Under the pieces are notes generated by a model. It was not told the origin of the DNA, made no database searches, and worked only from the letters and a program-made list of their open reading frames with translations. Positions 51,001 through 59,936 of a DNA stretch of 64,000 bases are shown one piece after another. The translations under genes and the position numbers were made by a program. Within the stretch, counting starts at the first letter, position 1, and the number at the start of each line of letters is the position of its first letter. Source of the DNA: Octopus sinensis (taxonomy: Eukaryota); the NCBI RefSeq assembly GCF_006345805.1, contig NC_043005.1, positions 92,194,001 to 92,258,000 of the forward strand, read 5' to 3'.

Positions 51001-54000
51001 CTAGTGCAAAACTGGTACTTTATTTATCGACCCCGAAAGGATGAAAGGCAAAGTCAACCTCGGCGGAATTTGAACTCAGAACGTAACAGCAGACGAAATA
51101 CTGCTAAGCATTTTGCCTGGCGCACTAACGTTTCTGCCAGAATATAGTATATAGTGTAAACATGTAGTGTAAACATTCAAACATTATGACTATCTTTCCA
51201 AATCCTGCTGCATTTCACATAGAATATTTGGTTCTCCAAAGACATTTTGGTGTATAAGTTAACCTACCTTTTCTGGGTGTGAAATTGAGTTGACTTCTTT
51301 AAACAGTTTGATGTCTCTGTAAATTCTAATAGATTCCTAATTTTAATTTCTTACTCATTGATATATAGGGATTTACTCTTCATTGATAACATTTCAATAA
51401 AAGATTCTATTTTTTTTATAGAGAAATTTGGTTTTGGTTACAGATTGCTGAAAATCGTTATTTACAATGATAAGTGGACACATGAGGTGCATTTGTGATT
51501 ACTTCAAAAGTCCAGTGTTTCTACAAAACTTGTGTATTCTCCACAATTTCTCTTGTGTAGCCCAGTTTGAAGATTGTTGCTGTAGGACCTAATTTCCAGT
51601 AAACTAAACTTAGAAAGAAAGCCAGAGGTACTTTGGCCAAATATGGAGTGTTGTGCTTGTGATCAGATAAGAAGAATCTACTAAGATGCGGGAAATGCTG
51701 TGTGGTAGGAAGCTTGCTTCCTAACCACATGGTCTTAAGTTCAATCCCACTACATGGTACTTTGGGCAATTATCTTGTTATAGCCCTGGGTCAATCAGTC
51801 TTGTGAGTAGATTTGGTTGATGGAAACTGAAAAAAAGCCTGTCGTATACATATGTGTGATCTTTGTGTTTGTCCCATTGCAATAGCGTAAGTGCCAAGCT
51901 TTAAGAAATTTAAATATAGGAGTTGATTTGTTCAATTAAACCCTTCAAGGTGGTGCCCCAGTATGGCTGCAGTCCAGTGAGTGAAACTAGTAGAAGATAA
52001 AAGGATATTCTTTATCCTCTGCAAATGTATCACTTTGAGAATCATAGACAGACAAATGAATGCTTTTCTATATTTCTAAGATGAGGAATTATGTCCATTA
52101 TTTACAATAGATGGATAGATGTCCTCACCTTGTTTGTTGTTACCAAATGAGCACTCCATTAGTCAAGTAAAGGGTTGGGTTTGAAATTCCACCAGAACAC
52201 CCGATGAAGGCTGGAGAGTACATCAGCCGAAATGCTGTGGTAACAACAAGCAAGGTGAGGACATCTATCCATCCATTGTAAATTATGTGAAGAATCCTTA
52301 TTTGTCTATTCCTTTACTTTGGGGCAGGGGGTTTCAGTTACTGGACTGCAACCACGTTGAAAAAACATTCTAATGTTGTTTACAAAAATTCTACAATGTC
52401 ATTTTTAATTGTTAGACTAGATTTTTTTTTAAAAAGCCTTAAAAAGGAAAAGAAAGTTCTCAAAAGATCCAGCAAAACTCCAGAGGAATAAATAAGAAAA
52501 AGTGAATTTGTTTTGTCCTATACTTCAACTACTTGCTTTGAGAATAACGTCTTCCCACTACTATCAGAGGTCCTGAAAAATATGGGTCATGGGTTTTGTA
52601 CTTTGCGTCATATAAACCCCTTGGAAATTCAGATAAGCTCACATCTTATGTGCCCATTGGTTCAAAGTAGACTTTAGACAGAGTAAGAAGGGCGATGTCA
52701 GTCTGTTGCTCATCTCACCAGCTGCTGCAAGGCCTCATTTTCAGTCAGGTGGACCAACATGAAAGAAATTGCCTGGTTAGAGGGGAGGAGAGAAGGTCTG
52801 TGATGAAGTGGTTAGAGTGGAGGAGAGAAGGTCTGTGATGAAGTGGTTAGAGTGGAGGAGAGAAGGTCTGTGATGAAGTGGTTAGAGTGGAGGAGAGAAG
52901 GTCTGTGATGAAGTGGTTAGAGTGGAGGAGAGAAGGTCTGTGATGAAGTGGTTAGAGTGGAGGAGAGAAGGTCTGTGATCAAGTGGTTAGAGTGGAGGAG
53001 AGAAGGTCTGTGATCAAGTGGTTAGAGTGGAGGAGAGAAGGTCTGTGATCAAGTGGTTAGAGTGGAGGGGAGAAGGTCTGTGATCAAGAGGTTAGAGTGG
53101 AGTTGATGATCTTAGATTCTAGGTTTGATTCAGTTTGAGAATCAAACCTAGAATCTAAGATCATCAACTCCACTCTAACCTCTTGATCACAGACCTTCTC
53201 TCCTCCACTCTAACCACTTGATCACAGACCTTCTCTCCTCCACTCTAACCACTTGATCACAGACCTTCTCTCCTCCACTCTAACCACTTGATCACAGACC
53301 TTCTCTCCTCCACTCTAACCACTTCATCACAGACCTTCTCTCCTCCACTCTAACCACTTCATCACAGACCTTCTCTCCTCCACTCTAACCACTTCATCAC
53401 TGTCCTTCTCTCCTCCACTCTAACCACTTCATCACAGACCTTCTCTCCTCCACTCTAACCACTTCATCACAGACCTTCTCTCCTCCACTCTAACCACTTC
53501 ATCACAGACCTTCTCTCCTCCACTCTAACCACTTCATCACTGACCTTCTCTCCTCCACTCTAACCACTTCATCACAGACCTTCTCTCCTCCCCTCTAACC
53601 ACTTCATCACAGACCTTCTCTCCTCCACTCTAACCACTTCATCACAGACCTTCTTTCCTCCACTCTAACCACTTCATCACAGACCTTCTCTCCTCCACTC
53701 TAACCACTTCATCACAGACCTCTCCTCCACTCTAACCACTTCATCACAGACCTTCTCTCCTCCACTCTAACCACTTCATCACAGACCTTCTCTCCTCCCC
53801 TCTAACCACTTCATCACAGACCTTCTCTCCTCCACTCTAACCACTTCATCACAGACCTTCTCTCCTCCACTCTAACCACTTCATTACAGACCTTCTCTCC
53901 TCCACTCTAACCACTTCATCAGAGACCTTCTCTCCTCCACTCTAACCACTTCATCACAGACCTTCTCTCCTCCACTCTAACCACTTCATCACAGACCTTC

Positions 54001-55498
54001 TCTCCTCTCTAACCACTTCTTCACAGACCTTCTCTCCTCCACTCTAACCACTTCATCACAGACCTTCTCTCCTCCACTCTAACCACTTCATCACAGACCT
54101 TCTCTCCTCCACTCTAACCACTTCATCACTGACCTTCTCTCCTCCACTCTAACCACTTCATCACAGACCTTCTCTCCTCCCCTCTAACCACTTCATCACA
54201 GACCTTCTCTCCTCCACTCTAACCACTTCATCACAGACCTTCTCTCCTCCACTCTAACCACTTCATCATAGACCTTCTCTCCTCCCCTCTAACCTCTTGA
54301 TCACAGACCTTCTCTCCTCCACTCTAACCACTTCATCACAGACCTTCTCTCCTCCACTCTAACCACTTCATCACAGACCTTCTCTCCTCCCCTCTAACCA
54401 CTTCATCACAGACCTTCTCTCCTCCACTCTAACCACTTCATCACAGACCTTCTCTCCTCCACGCTAACCACTTCATCACAGACCTTCTCTCCTCCACTCT
54501 AACCACTTCATCACAGACCTTCTCTCCTCCCCTCTATCAAAGCATTATGAAAATAACAACCAACTCTTAATAAATTATATTTTCCTTCTTTTCAGCATCA
54601 TAGATGAATCACCAAGATGGTTAATTTCCAATAGTAAATTTGAGGAGGCAAAAGATATTTTTGAAAAGATTGCCAAAAGAAATAAGGCTGTATTTACTCC
54701 TTCTTCCTTGCAGCAAAGTCAGGAAACAACATCTCAAATCACAGACCAAACAAAACCAACTCAAAAAGTCAGTCTTTTTCATTTGTTCAAATCAAGAATT
54801 TTATTAATACGATGTGCAATAATTTCCTTCAACTGGTAAGTAATATTTTATTAAATTTTAAGTTTGAATTCAAGCTGAAACTTTACTAATTTTAACATTC
54901 TGTCAACCAGTGAGATATCTCTAACTTTAGACAGATTAGAAATTTCTCTTTATTTCTTGATTCTATAAAGGCAATAAGACTGGTAATCTCATGATTACCA
55001 GTCATGATCATAAGATCATGGGTTCAATTCCTGTAAATGGAATTTGCAGATTCTCTGTTTATTTGAAGCAAGTTTCATAAAAGGATATTCTCCTAATGCA
55101 ACTTTCAGAAACTGTCAGTAGAATTACTTTCCAAAGTAAATATGTGGAGCATCTTATCCTAACAGACCAAAATGCATATATATATACATAGGGGGGGGGG
55201 GAGTAAGAAAAATCAACAAAAATGCACGTTGTAAATAAAAAAAGTGGAGGCTTTTTATGAAAGGTAACGACAGATATATACAATTAGATGAACTGAGGTA
55301 AGAATAAAAGTAATAAAAGTCATAAAAGTCATTTATTATGAAATTATTAAAGAGATTCAAGCATACCGCAGTTTCGTAAGATACTATTCATTGCTTTTTA
55401 CTTTTTTTATTTACAATGTGCATTTTCGTTGATTTTTCTTACTTTCCCCTTACATTTCCACGTGTAGTTTCTATTTTTTTTTTGTAACATATTTCTAT

Positions 55499-55557
<59 letters not shown>

Positions 55558-58245
55558 GTGTGTGTGTGTGTGTGTGCATAAACATGATTTACAAGTGTAC
55601 GTGTGAATGTTTATATTCTGCATCATCAAATGAAAGCATAGAGCAAAAGCATGGTGACTTTGAATTGACATTTCCTGTCGACAAATCGTCCTCTATCTCT
55701 GTTTTCAAAGACAAATGGAATTAATGGAATAAAAAATAAACAGTTCCTTATTTAAAATAAGGCAAGGATTAGACACATGAAAGGTATCTCGCTTTAAAAC
55801 AATGATTCAATAATAAATACTCAGCTAACCCATGCTCACATGGAAAACAAACATAAAACAAATGGACTAATGAATTACACTTAAAGATGATTAGAGAATA
55901 CGTGTACTTATTGCATCCATTTGCTATAAACAGGAATATTTTTCTAGTTAATATTTTAGTTTCTCATCATTTACAATTATATTTTGTTTTTCGGTTTTGT
56001 ATCAAAAGTTGAAGAATATATTGAACTAGTTCATTTTGCTTCTCTTTTACAGGATGGTTGTGAACATGGTTTTTTTTGGACTCCTCTTTGGTGTAGGAGA
56101 ACTTGGCTTAAACATATATTTCAGTACATTTCTTTTTGCTGCTGTGGAGTTTCCAGCCTACATTTTCCTTTATTTCACTTTGGACAGATGGGGAAGGAAA
56201 CCTCTTTATTGTTCATTAATCTTATTATGTGGAGTGGCATGTGCTTCATCATCATTTGTGTATGTTTGGGGAAAAGGTTTGTACTAAGTTTTTGCATCTG
56301 GTTTACTAGATTCTTTGTGTGAATTCGTGTGTTGAAACAAATTTTATTGTGTCTAGAGAGAGTCATTATGCCAATATTATTAACACGCAGACTGGTTCAA
56401 TTCTACTCCTTTATTATTAGTCAATAGGTTAAATATTAACTAACCAGTTAACTTATAATAGAGGAGTGGAAATGAACCTGTGCATGTGTTAATAATATTG
56501 GTACAATGACTCTCCCTAGACACAACAAAGTTTGTACTAAGCTTACACAGTTTAGCTTGTTTTGCAACCACATAGTTTCCAGGTTCAGTCTCACTGTGTG
56601 GCACCTTGAACTTTTGGACATATCCAAGTCAGATTTGAAATGAAATGTGAAATATCTTCAGATCACTACGGGTTACAGGTTTTAGTTGTTACATTTCAGA
56701 TTTGTTTGGTCTGACCATATTTCTGGCATTAATAGGAAAATTTAGTGTCTCTGGAGCATCCACTGTTATTAGTAACATAGCATCAGAACTACTGCCCACG
56801 GTCATACGCAATACTGCTTTTGGTTTATGTTCCTGTCTTGGAAGACTGGGTGGAATGTCAGCCCCTTACATTACCCTCTTGGTAAGAAAGTTTTACGTGT
56901 TTTTTTATATATCACCCAAATGAGTCTCTCTCCCCTGCAACTCAGTTTCCTAATTCCCTTCCCTCCACCCATTCACTGCATTCCCCACCCCATTATCTCC
57001 CACTTTCCTTTTGTACTGTCAAGAACTTACCTACCCACTCACCCTATCCAGTCCTCTGTACCACTTCACTCATATATACACCTCTGTAACTTGAGGCTGC
57101 ACCCCAACACATCTTTACCATCTCTCTCTCTCTCTCCTTTCCCATCCAATTTCATTGCTGTCAACCACCCGAATACTACACATCCCCTTACATTTTTTTT
57201 GTCACCCTTGGGGGTCATAAGAGATATTATACAGCCTGTATCCATGAGGGCTTTGAACGCCTTCCCCCAACCAGGACTTCAACAGGTACCTAAGATAATT
57301 AGCAAAGTATGGTACATGCTACGAAATCACTCACAAATGGCAGTTAGTTGTATTTTATTGTACTGCACTGTTTGTTTTGATCTCAGTTGTAAGAATTACA
57401 CTTTTTTTTTAAAATCTTTTAGGCAAGGGTGTAGGTAATGCCCATGACCCATCATAGGGCCTCCAAACTAGAGGCACATGGCTTAGTGGTTAGGGTGTTG
57501 GACGCATGATCATAAGATTGTAGTTTTGATTCCTGAACCGAGTGACATGTTGTTCTTTGATCATTCCTTGATTGTTCTTGAGCAAAACACTTCATTTCAT
57601 ATTCCTCCAGTCCACTCAGCTGGCAAAAATGAGTGACCCCACGATGGTCAGCTTCCTATGTCCAGAAGGGGATATCTGCACCACAGAAACTGGGAAACTG
57701 GCCCTTATCAGTCTAAATGACTCAAGAAGGATCTTTACCTTTCAAAGTCTCTAAACTAGAGAAGCATGGAAGGAATGCATTCTCGAACTAGAAACTTGAC
57801 CTGAATGCTTGCAAAAGAGTTAAGAGATAAGAGCCGGGTTGTGTTGTTAAACCAGGTGATGGGTTATGTGTGCTACCAACCTTATTTTACTGGTGACCTT
57901 AAGAAAGTTCAATACCCTGTTATTCCCACCATTAAGATTCTTAAATTTTGTCTTCCTTCTGATCTCGTCATTGGGAAACTGAATCCTCCATCCATTTGAA
58001 TCTAACTTTCAGCTAAGGAACTAGTATTTTGAAGTCAGCAGAAACTGATACAAACATAAGCATTTCATTCCTATAAAATATATTCTATTTCAGAGCAATT
58101 ACATTCCTACTAAATTTGGTAAAAGTTTGCCACTTATTCTCTTTGGAGTAGCTGCTTTAATAGCAGGATTTCTTTCACTTGCTCTGCCTGAGACTCTAGG
58201 TGAAAATTTACCAGACACAATTGAAGATGGAGAAAAATTTGGAAG
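32027..58245 (+). CDS. SLC22: SLC22-family transporter, paralog 2 (spliced; terminal exon unresolved)
   Basis: Exons 32027-32169, 38209-38422, 41256-41359, 45725-45879, 50215-50383, 54596-54835, 56053-56276, 56700-56881 and 58094-58245 give 527 open codons with GT-AG sites. Motifs: GFGRYQK, RCAIPG, WVYDKS, NFVC, SDQKGRK, DESPRWL, WGRK, ELLPTVIRN, LPETLG. Confidence 0.93.
33799..34642. repeat. 422-bp-arm palindrome with no spacer
   Basis: Centre between 34220 and 34221 (aaaattttc|gaaaatttt). One mismatch seen (34209 vs 34232). Mirrored ORFs appear in the track. Confidence 0.97.
35150..35700 (-). mobile_element. R4/Dong-like LINE ORF N-terminal fragment
   Basis: MQCYLESEPKRRDYRKQM..W..TEHRLVDQANAIRRRKW resembles the N-terminus of R4/Dong-clade ORFs (from recall). 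Confidence 0.6.
36154..36425 (+). mobile_element. RTE-like LINE insertion with inverted 5' segment and 10-bp TSD
   Basis: Same family as 3929-4396. 36154-36329 is antisense relative to the 36329-36425 tail. ATTGGGTATT occurs at 36144-36153 and 36426-36435. Confidence 0.88.
36500..37980 (-). mobile_element. Degenerate ORF1/gag-like region of a non-LTR element (L1/Tx1-like)
   Basis: Thr-rich N-terminus, then YLGQRVTKVTIKNV and VVVEGRRPWCY..SETHRKNDCP degenerate zinc knuckle; stops present. Confidence 0.5.
38209..38422 (+). CDS. SLC22: SLC22 paralog 2 exon 2 (extracellular loop)
   Basis: gacag/GTAAGT; CAIPGWENDTYKVQSDTHAWYINHSLP...CHAWVYDKSSVPSTAASD. Confidence 0.93.
41256..41359 (+). CDS. SLC22: SLC22 paralog 2 exon 3 (104 nt)
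   Basis: ttgcag/GTAAGT; LNFVCHRTVFISTINMLLMAGVFVGSLFFGTFSD(Q). Confidence 0.92.
41560..41940 (-). mobile_element. SINE family A, full length with internal (TG)n/(TA)n
   Basis: Head at 41940 (gtggctgtgtggtaag..ggttccgggttcagtccc), tail ending aatgactgaaacaagtaaaa. Similar copies at 50470-50835 (-) and 51690-52000 (+). Confidence 0.85.
42600..42822 (+). repeat. RTE 3' end with tail expanded into compound (GAT)(GAG)(GAC)(AAC) microsatellite
   Basis: caggaagagcatccagc..cccatgatagcatggaaagctggatgttaaaac, then triplet runs. Confidence 0.7.
43880..44095 (+). mobile_element. SINE family B
   Basis: ggctggcagaatcgttagc..gttctgagttcaaattc..catcctttcagggttgataaattaagtaccag.. with ATT tail. Confidence 0.8.
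44095..44935 (-). mobile_element. R4/Dong-like LINE 3' fragment (CCHC knuckle plus restriction-like endonuclease)
   Basis: ETKQSHIMSECRKLAQKHYKRRHDNVAKFVHW; ILWDFTIQ..CRPDFVVVDK; KEVEKIEKY; IPIVVGAL; (TAA)n tail near 44095. Confidence 0.85.
44945..45103. repeat. Compound trinucleotide microsatellite (CAC)(CGC)(CAC)(CAT)(TAT)(GAT)
   Basis: Directly visible. Confidence 0.95.
45725..45879 (+). CDS. SLC22: SLC22 paralog 2 exon 4 (155 nt)
   Basis: ttccag/GTGAGT; KGRKLSLYLALLLSIVT...LRFFAGSSGASIFMVAFIL. Confidence 0.92.
46690..48051 (+). mobile_element. RTE LINE, 5'-truncated at the YADD motif, with an internal deletion of about 95 bp
   Basis: PWELFYADDL..WPCSISRKGVGRNSIRCTKC..GRGRPRKTW..QDK*; 3'UTR and (GAT)n tail. 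Confidence 0.92.
48402..49018. mobile_element. Hairpin element, inverted arms of about 150 bp
   Basis: 48402-48557 pairs with 48870-49018 (imperfect). Confidence 0.75.
50215..50383 (+). CDS. SLC22: SLC22 paralog 2 exon 5 (169 nt)
   Basis: ttgcag/GTAAGT; IEIVPHSHRSLVGLFSHIAFATGQ...IRDWHLLCLAASLIFLPFFLYW. Confidence 0.92.
50918..51140 (-). mobile_element. SINE family B, young copy
   Basis: Near-identical to 15622-15858 by eye. Confidence 0.88.
52101..52282. mobile_element. Hairpin element (45-bp arms) with degenerate hammerhead-like motif in the loop
   Basis: Arms 52101-52145 and 52238-52282; CCGATGA-A-GGCTG..CAGCC-GAAATG at 52201-52234. Confidence 0.7.
52774..54536. repeat. 35-bp satellite array with internal fold-back inversion
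   Basis: Unit AACCACTTCATCACAGACCTTCTCTCCTCCACTCT. About 9 inverted units, a unique 30-bp palindromic core with a 7-nt loop (53132-53138), then about 39 forward units. Confidence 0.97.
54596..54835 (+). CDS. SLC22: SLC22 paralog 2 exon 6
   Basis: ttttcag/GTAAGT; [30 protein letters not shown]...IRCAIISFN(W). Confidence 0.93.
55197..55449. mobile_element. Hairpin element, arms of about 50 bp
   Basis: gagtaagaaaaatcaacaaaaatgcacgttgtaaataaaaaagt pairs with acttttttatttacaatgtgcattttcgttgatttttcttact. Confidence 0.7.
56053..56276 (+). CDS. SLC22: SLC22 paralog 2 exon 7 (224 nt)
   Basis: tttacag/GTTTGT; MVVNMVFFGLLFG...AVEFPAY...DRWGRKPLY. Confidence 0.92.
56308..56525. mobile_element. Hairpin element, arms of about 70 bp
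   Basis: 56347-56417 pairs with 56455-56525; leader motif shared with 34081 and 59599. Confidence 0.7.
56700..56881 (+). CDS. SLC22: SLC22 paralog 2 exon 8 (182 nt)
   Basis: tttcag/GTAAGA; IGKFSVSGASTVISNIASELLPTVIRNTAFGLCSCLGRLGGMSAPY. Confidence 0.93.
56925..57400. repeat. Dispersed C/T-rich repeat, uninterrupted paralog of 8510-8670 plus 9865-9960
   Basis: Shared cacccactcaccctatccagtcc..gtaacttgag..cccca.cacatctt. Confidence 0.6.
58094..58245 (+). CDS. SLC22: SLC22 paralog 2 exon 9 (152 nt)
   Basis: tttcag/GTAATT; LPLILFGVAALIAGFLSLALPETLGENLPDTIEDGEKFG. Confidence 0.92.
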
Positions 58246-59536
58246 GTAATTATAACGACAGGTAATACTGAAATCATCATCATCATCGTTTTTAGGCCTG
58301 CTTTTTCACACCGAGTTACACATGATGTTTTCGAGACAGTGTTTCCAGCCATGTGCTCCTTCTGATATCAACCCTTTTACTTGCTTTTCACAATACAGAG
58401 ATATGTTACTTACTCTGTACATCAAAATGCACAGAGTTTAACAAGTAATACTGAAAAATCTATTTTAAATTACAAAAATAAATTGTGAAAAATTTTATTT
58501 CATATTTCCAGTTTATGTGTTTTTATCTGTGAGGGTGCATGGTCATGAGATTGGTTTCAATTCCTAGACTGGGTGGTGTGTTGTGTTCTTAAGCAAAACA
58601 CTTTATCTCACATTGTTCTGTGATCACTTCGACACCTGATGGATTGTACACCATGCACCAGTTCACAGAAATTCAAAGAAGCCCACCATGCTATAAACAA
58701 ACCATTTGTGCCAGTCGTTCAGCAAAAGTTGAACACTTAGATATTGTCTTCGATGCGAGAGTTCATCATGCTTATATCACACGATGGATAATTCCATAGA
58801 GATTTCTAAAATATTTTTTCTTCTTCATTAAAACAATAAGCAATTGATATTCCCAAAACAGATACAGTAGTTGTGTTTCGAATACTTTCGATGTAAGGTA
58901 TGCTCAGTCAGGACTGACTGGACCAAAACAACACCATCACATGAATAAACAGGGATTCTACATATGGATTTAACAATTAACTGATTGTTTTGGCCCCTCA
59001 CAAATTAACCCTCGGGAGTGATGGATTTTTATTTTTTTTTTACTTATTTTGTTTGATAAATATTATGATATAAATAATTATGCTGATGATGTTCCACTAT
59101 TTCTGTCAACTAAGCCAACAAACTTTAAATCTCTTTGATTAGAACACAACATGGTTGACATGAAACATTGCTGTGATAGGACACAGCCAGAGTTTCTACA
59201 CGTTGTATGTTTGTGAGCTTGGATGAATTAGCGTCCTATATCATCATCATCATCATCATCATTGTCATCATCACCATCATCATTTTAACATCTACTTTTC
59301 CATGCATGGATCCAACAAGACTTCTTTGAATCAGAATTCTTGATTGCTCAATGCCTCTTATGATGCCAACCCTACCCTGTTTCCAAACAAGGTGATATTT
59401 CCCCCATGGCAGTATATGACAGTTTGAATAACAGTGATACAAGGACATGTGTGCACACACACACACACTCTGTGTGTGTGTATATGCATGCATGTATGTA
59501 TGTATGTATGTATGTATGTGTATATATATATATTAT

Positions 59537-59579
<43 letters not shown>

Positions 59580-59598
59580 GTTTATATATTTGTTGTGC

Positions 59599-59919
59599 AA
59601 GATTTATTATGAGAAGTCGTGTGTTGAAACAGATATTGTTATATTTCGGAATGGTCATTTTGCCAGTTTAGCCAATAAAAACACATGCACTATATATTTG
59701 GTGTTATTTTGCTTCAGTGTTATTTATTTTTTACTTTAAAGAAGAAAGCAAAGGACCACTGATGCTGTCACAGGAGTGTGACGAAAGAACTCTGGCTGAA
59801 ATAAGATTAAGATTAATGTAAAAAATAAATAATACTGAAGCAAAATAACACCAAATATATAGTGAGTGTGTTTTTATTGGCTAAACTGGCAAAATGACCA
59901 TTCCGAAATATAACAATAT
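59599..59919. mobile_element. Hairpin element, 102-bp arms, hammerhead-like motif in the 83-bp spacer
   Basis: 59633-59734 pairs with 59818-59919; CTGATG..GTCACA-GGAG-TGTGAC-GAAA in the spacer. Confidence 0.78.
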
Positions 59920-59936
59920 ATATATATATATATATA

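Noticed and set aside
52774-54536. Regular 35-bp repeats resembling a CRISPR array
   Set aside because: Units are head-to-tail with no unique spacers, there are no cas genes, and the context is a eukaryotic intron
58512-58860. Alternative terminal exons for paralog 2 (acceptors near 58511 and 58842)
   Set aside because: The first gives a hydrophobic tail running into a SINE remnant; the second stops after two codons and has a poor acceptor; neither is supported
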